Shown here: piece by piece, positions 63,553-64,000 of the stretch
How positions within the stretch are numbered: position 1 is the first letter of the stretch
Layout: the number at the start of each line of letters is the position of its first letter
NCBI GenBank assembly: GCA_964016885.1
Contig: OZ024755.1
Coordinates: 22,010,001 to 22,074,000, forward strand
DNA: 64,000 bases
Direction of reading: 5' to 3'
DNA from: Eledone cirrhosa
Taxonomy: Eukaryota
Notes under the pieces: generated by a model
What the model was told of the DNA's origin: nothing
Seen by the model: only the letters and a program-made list of their open reading frames with translations
Databases searched by the model: none
Position numbers and translations under genes: made by a program

Positions 63553-63966
63553 TTAGTGATGCGAAATTAACTCCTCCTGGACACTCTGAAATATTTTTAG
63601 ATGTTTCACATAGTCTTCAGAAGCGGTCAAAGATGAAATGGGAGAGTTCGGTTCTTCAAAGAACATGACGATTCCAGCATTACATTTATTGAGGGCAAAC
63701 CTCGAGGATTTCGCCCAACCAACAATAACATTCGGATTGACTGTTAAACAGCGGTAGTTATCACCTTCATAATAACACTGAAATATTTGGGTTTTCACTT
63801 GTGATCGTGGAACCCTGAAACTAGCCAGCAAACTTTTCAACAGGTTTCGGGGTACTGGCGCATTCAACGAGGAACGGATAACCTTACCGTTTAAGTCGAA
63901 TATGATTGCGCCTCTTACAGCAGCTGTCTGTTGACTAAATATAGTCTCCATGTATTTTTTAGACAT
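63553..63966 (-). CDS. Profilin-like protein, intronless, divergent (~137 aa)
   Basis: ATG at 63966. Size and pattern (GAIIFDLNGKVIRSS ... YEGDNYRCLTVNPNVIVG ... KCNAGIVMFF ... C-terminal helix) resemble the profilin fold; recognised by eye only. Confidence 0.6.
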   Translation of the reverse strand: MSKKYMETIFSQQTAAVRGAIIFDLNGKVIRSSLNAPVPRNLLKSLLASFRVPRSQVKTQIFQCYYEGDNYRCLTVNPNVIVGWAKSSRFALNKCNAGIVMFFEEPNSPISSLTASEDYVKHLKIFQSVQEELISHH

Positions 63967-64000
63967 CGCTGTACTTCTCTTCACACACAACTGGCTGTTG

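Overview
AT-rich, microsatellite-dense eukaryotic DNA. It is most likely a coleoid cephalopod (octopus-like), inferred from the SINE and microsatellite landscape and not proven. Most of the window (5320-54895, + strand) is one multi-exon polycystin-1 family (PKD1-like) gene. I traced 31 phase-compatible exons, about 2,980 codons, running PKD repeats - REJ - GAIN/GPS - TM1 - PLAT - TMs - TRPP-type channel domain - stop; the 5' end lies upstream of the window. Two of its introns use GC donors. An intronless, divergent profilin-like ORF lies on the - strand at the right end. Introns and flanks hold tRNA-derived SINEs, RTE and CRE-like LINE fragments, piggyBac/mariner/pogo/hAT MITEs, a decayed hAT transposase, minisatellites and microsatellites. 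The most notable unexplained signal is a set of short elements next to (TA)n tracts that carry minimal type I hammerhead-ribozyme folds with covarying stems. One sits in a perfect 377-bp palindrome, so it is present on both strands. There are also several fold-back structures, including one element family whose loop is inverted between copies. Most ORFs in the supplied track are microsatellite or antisense artefacts.
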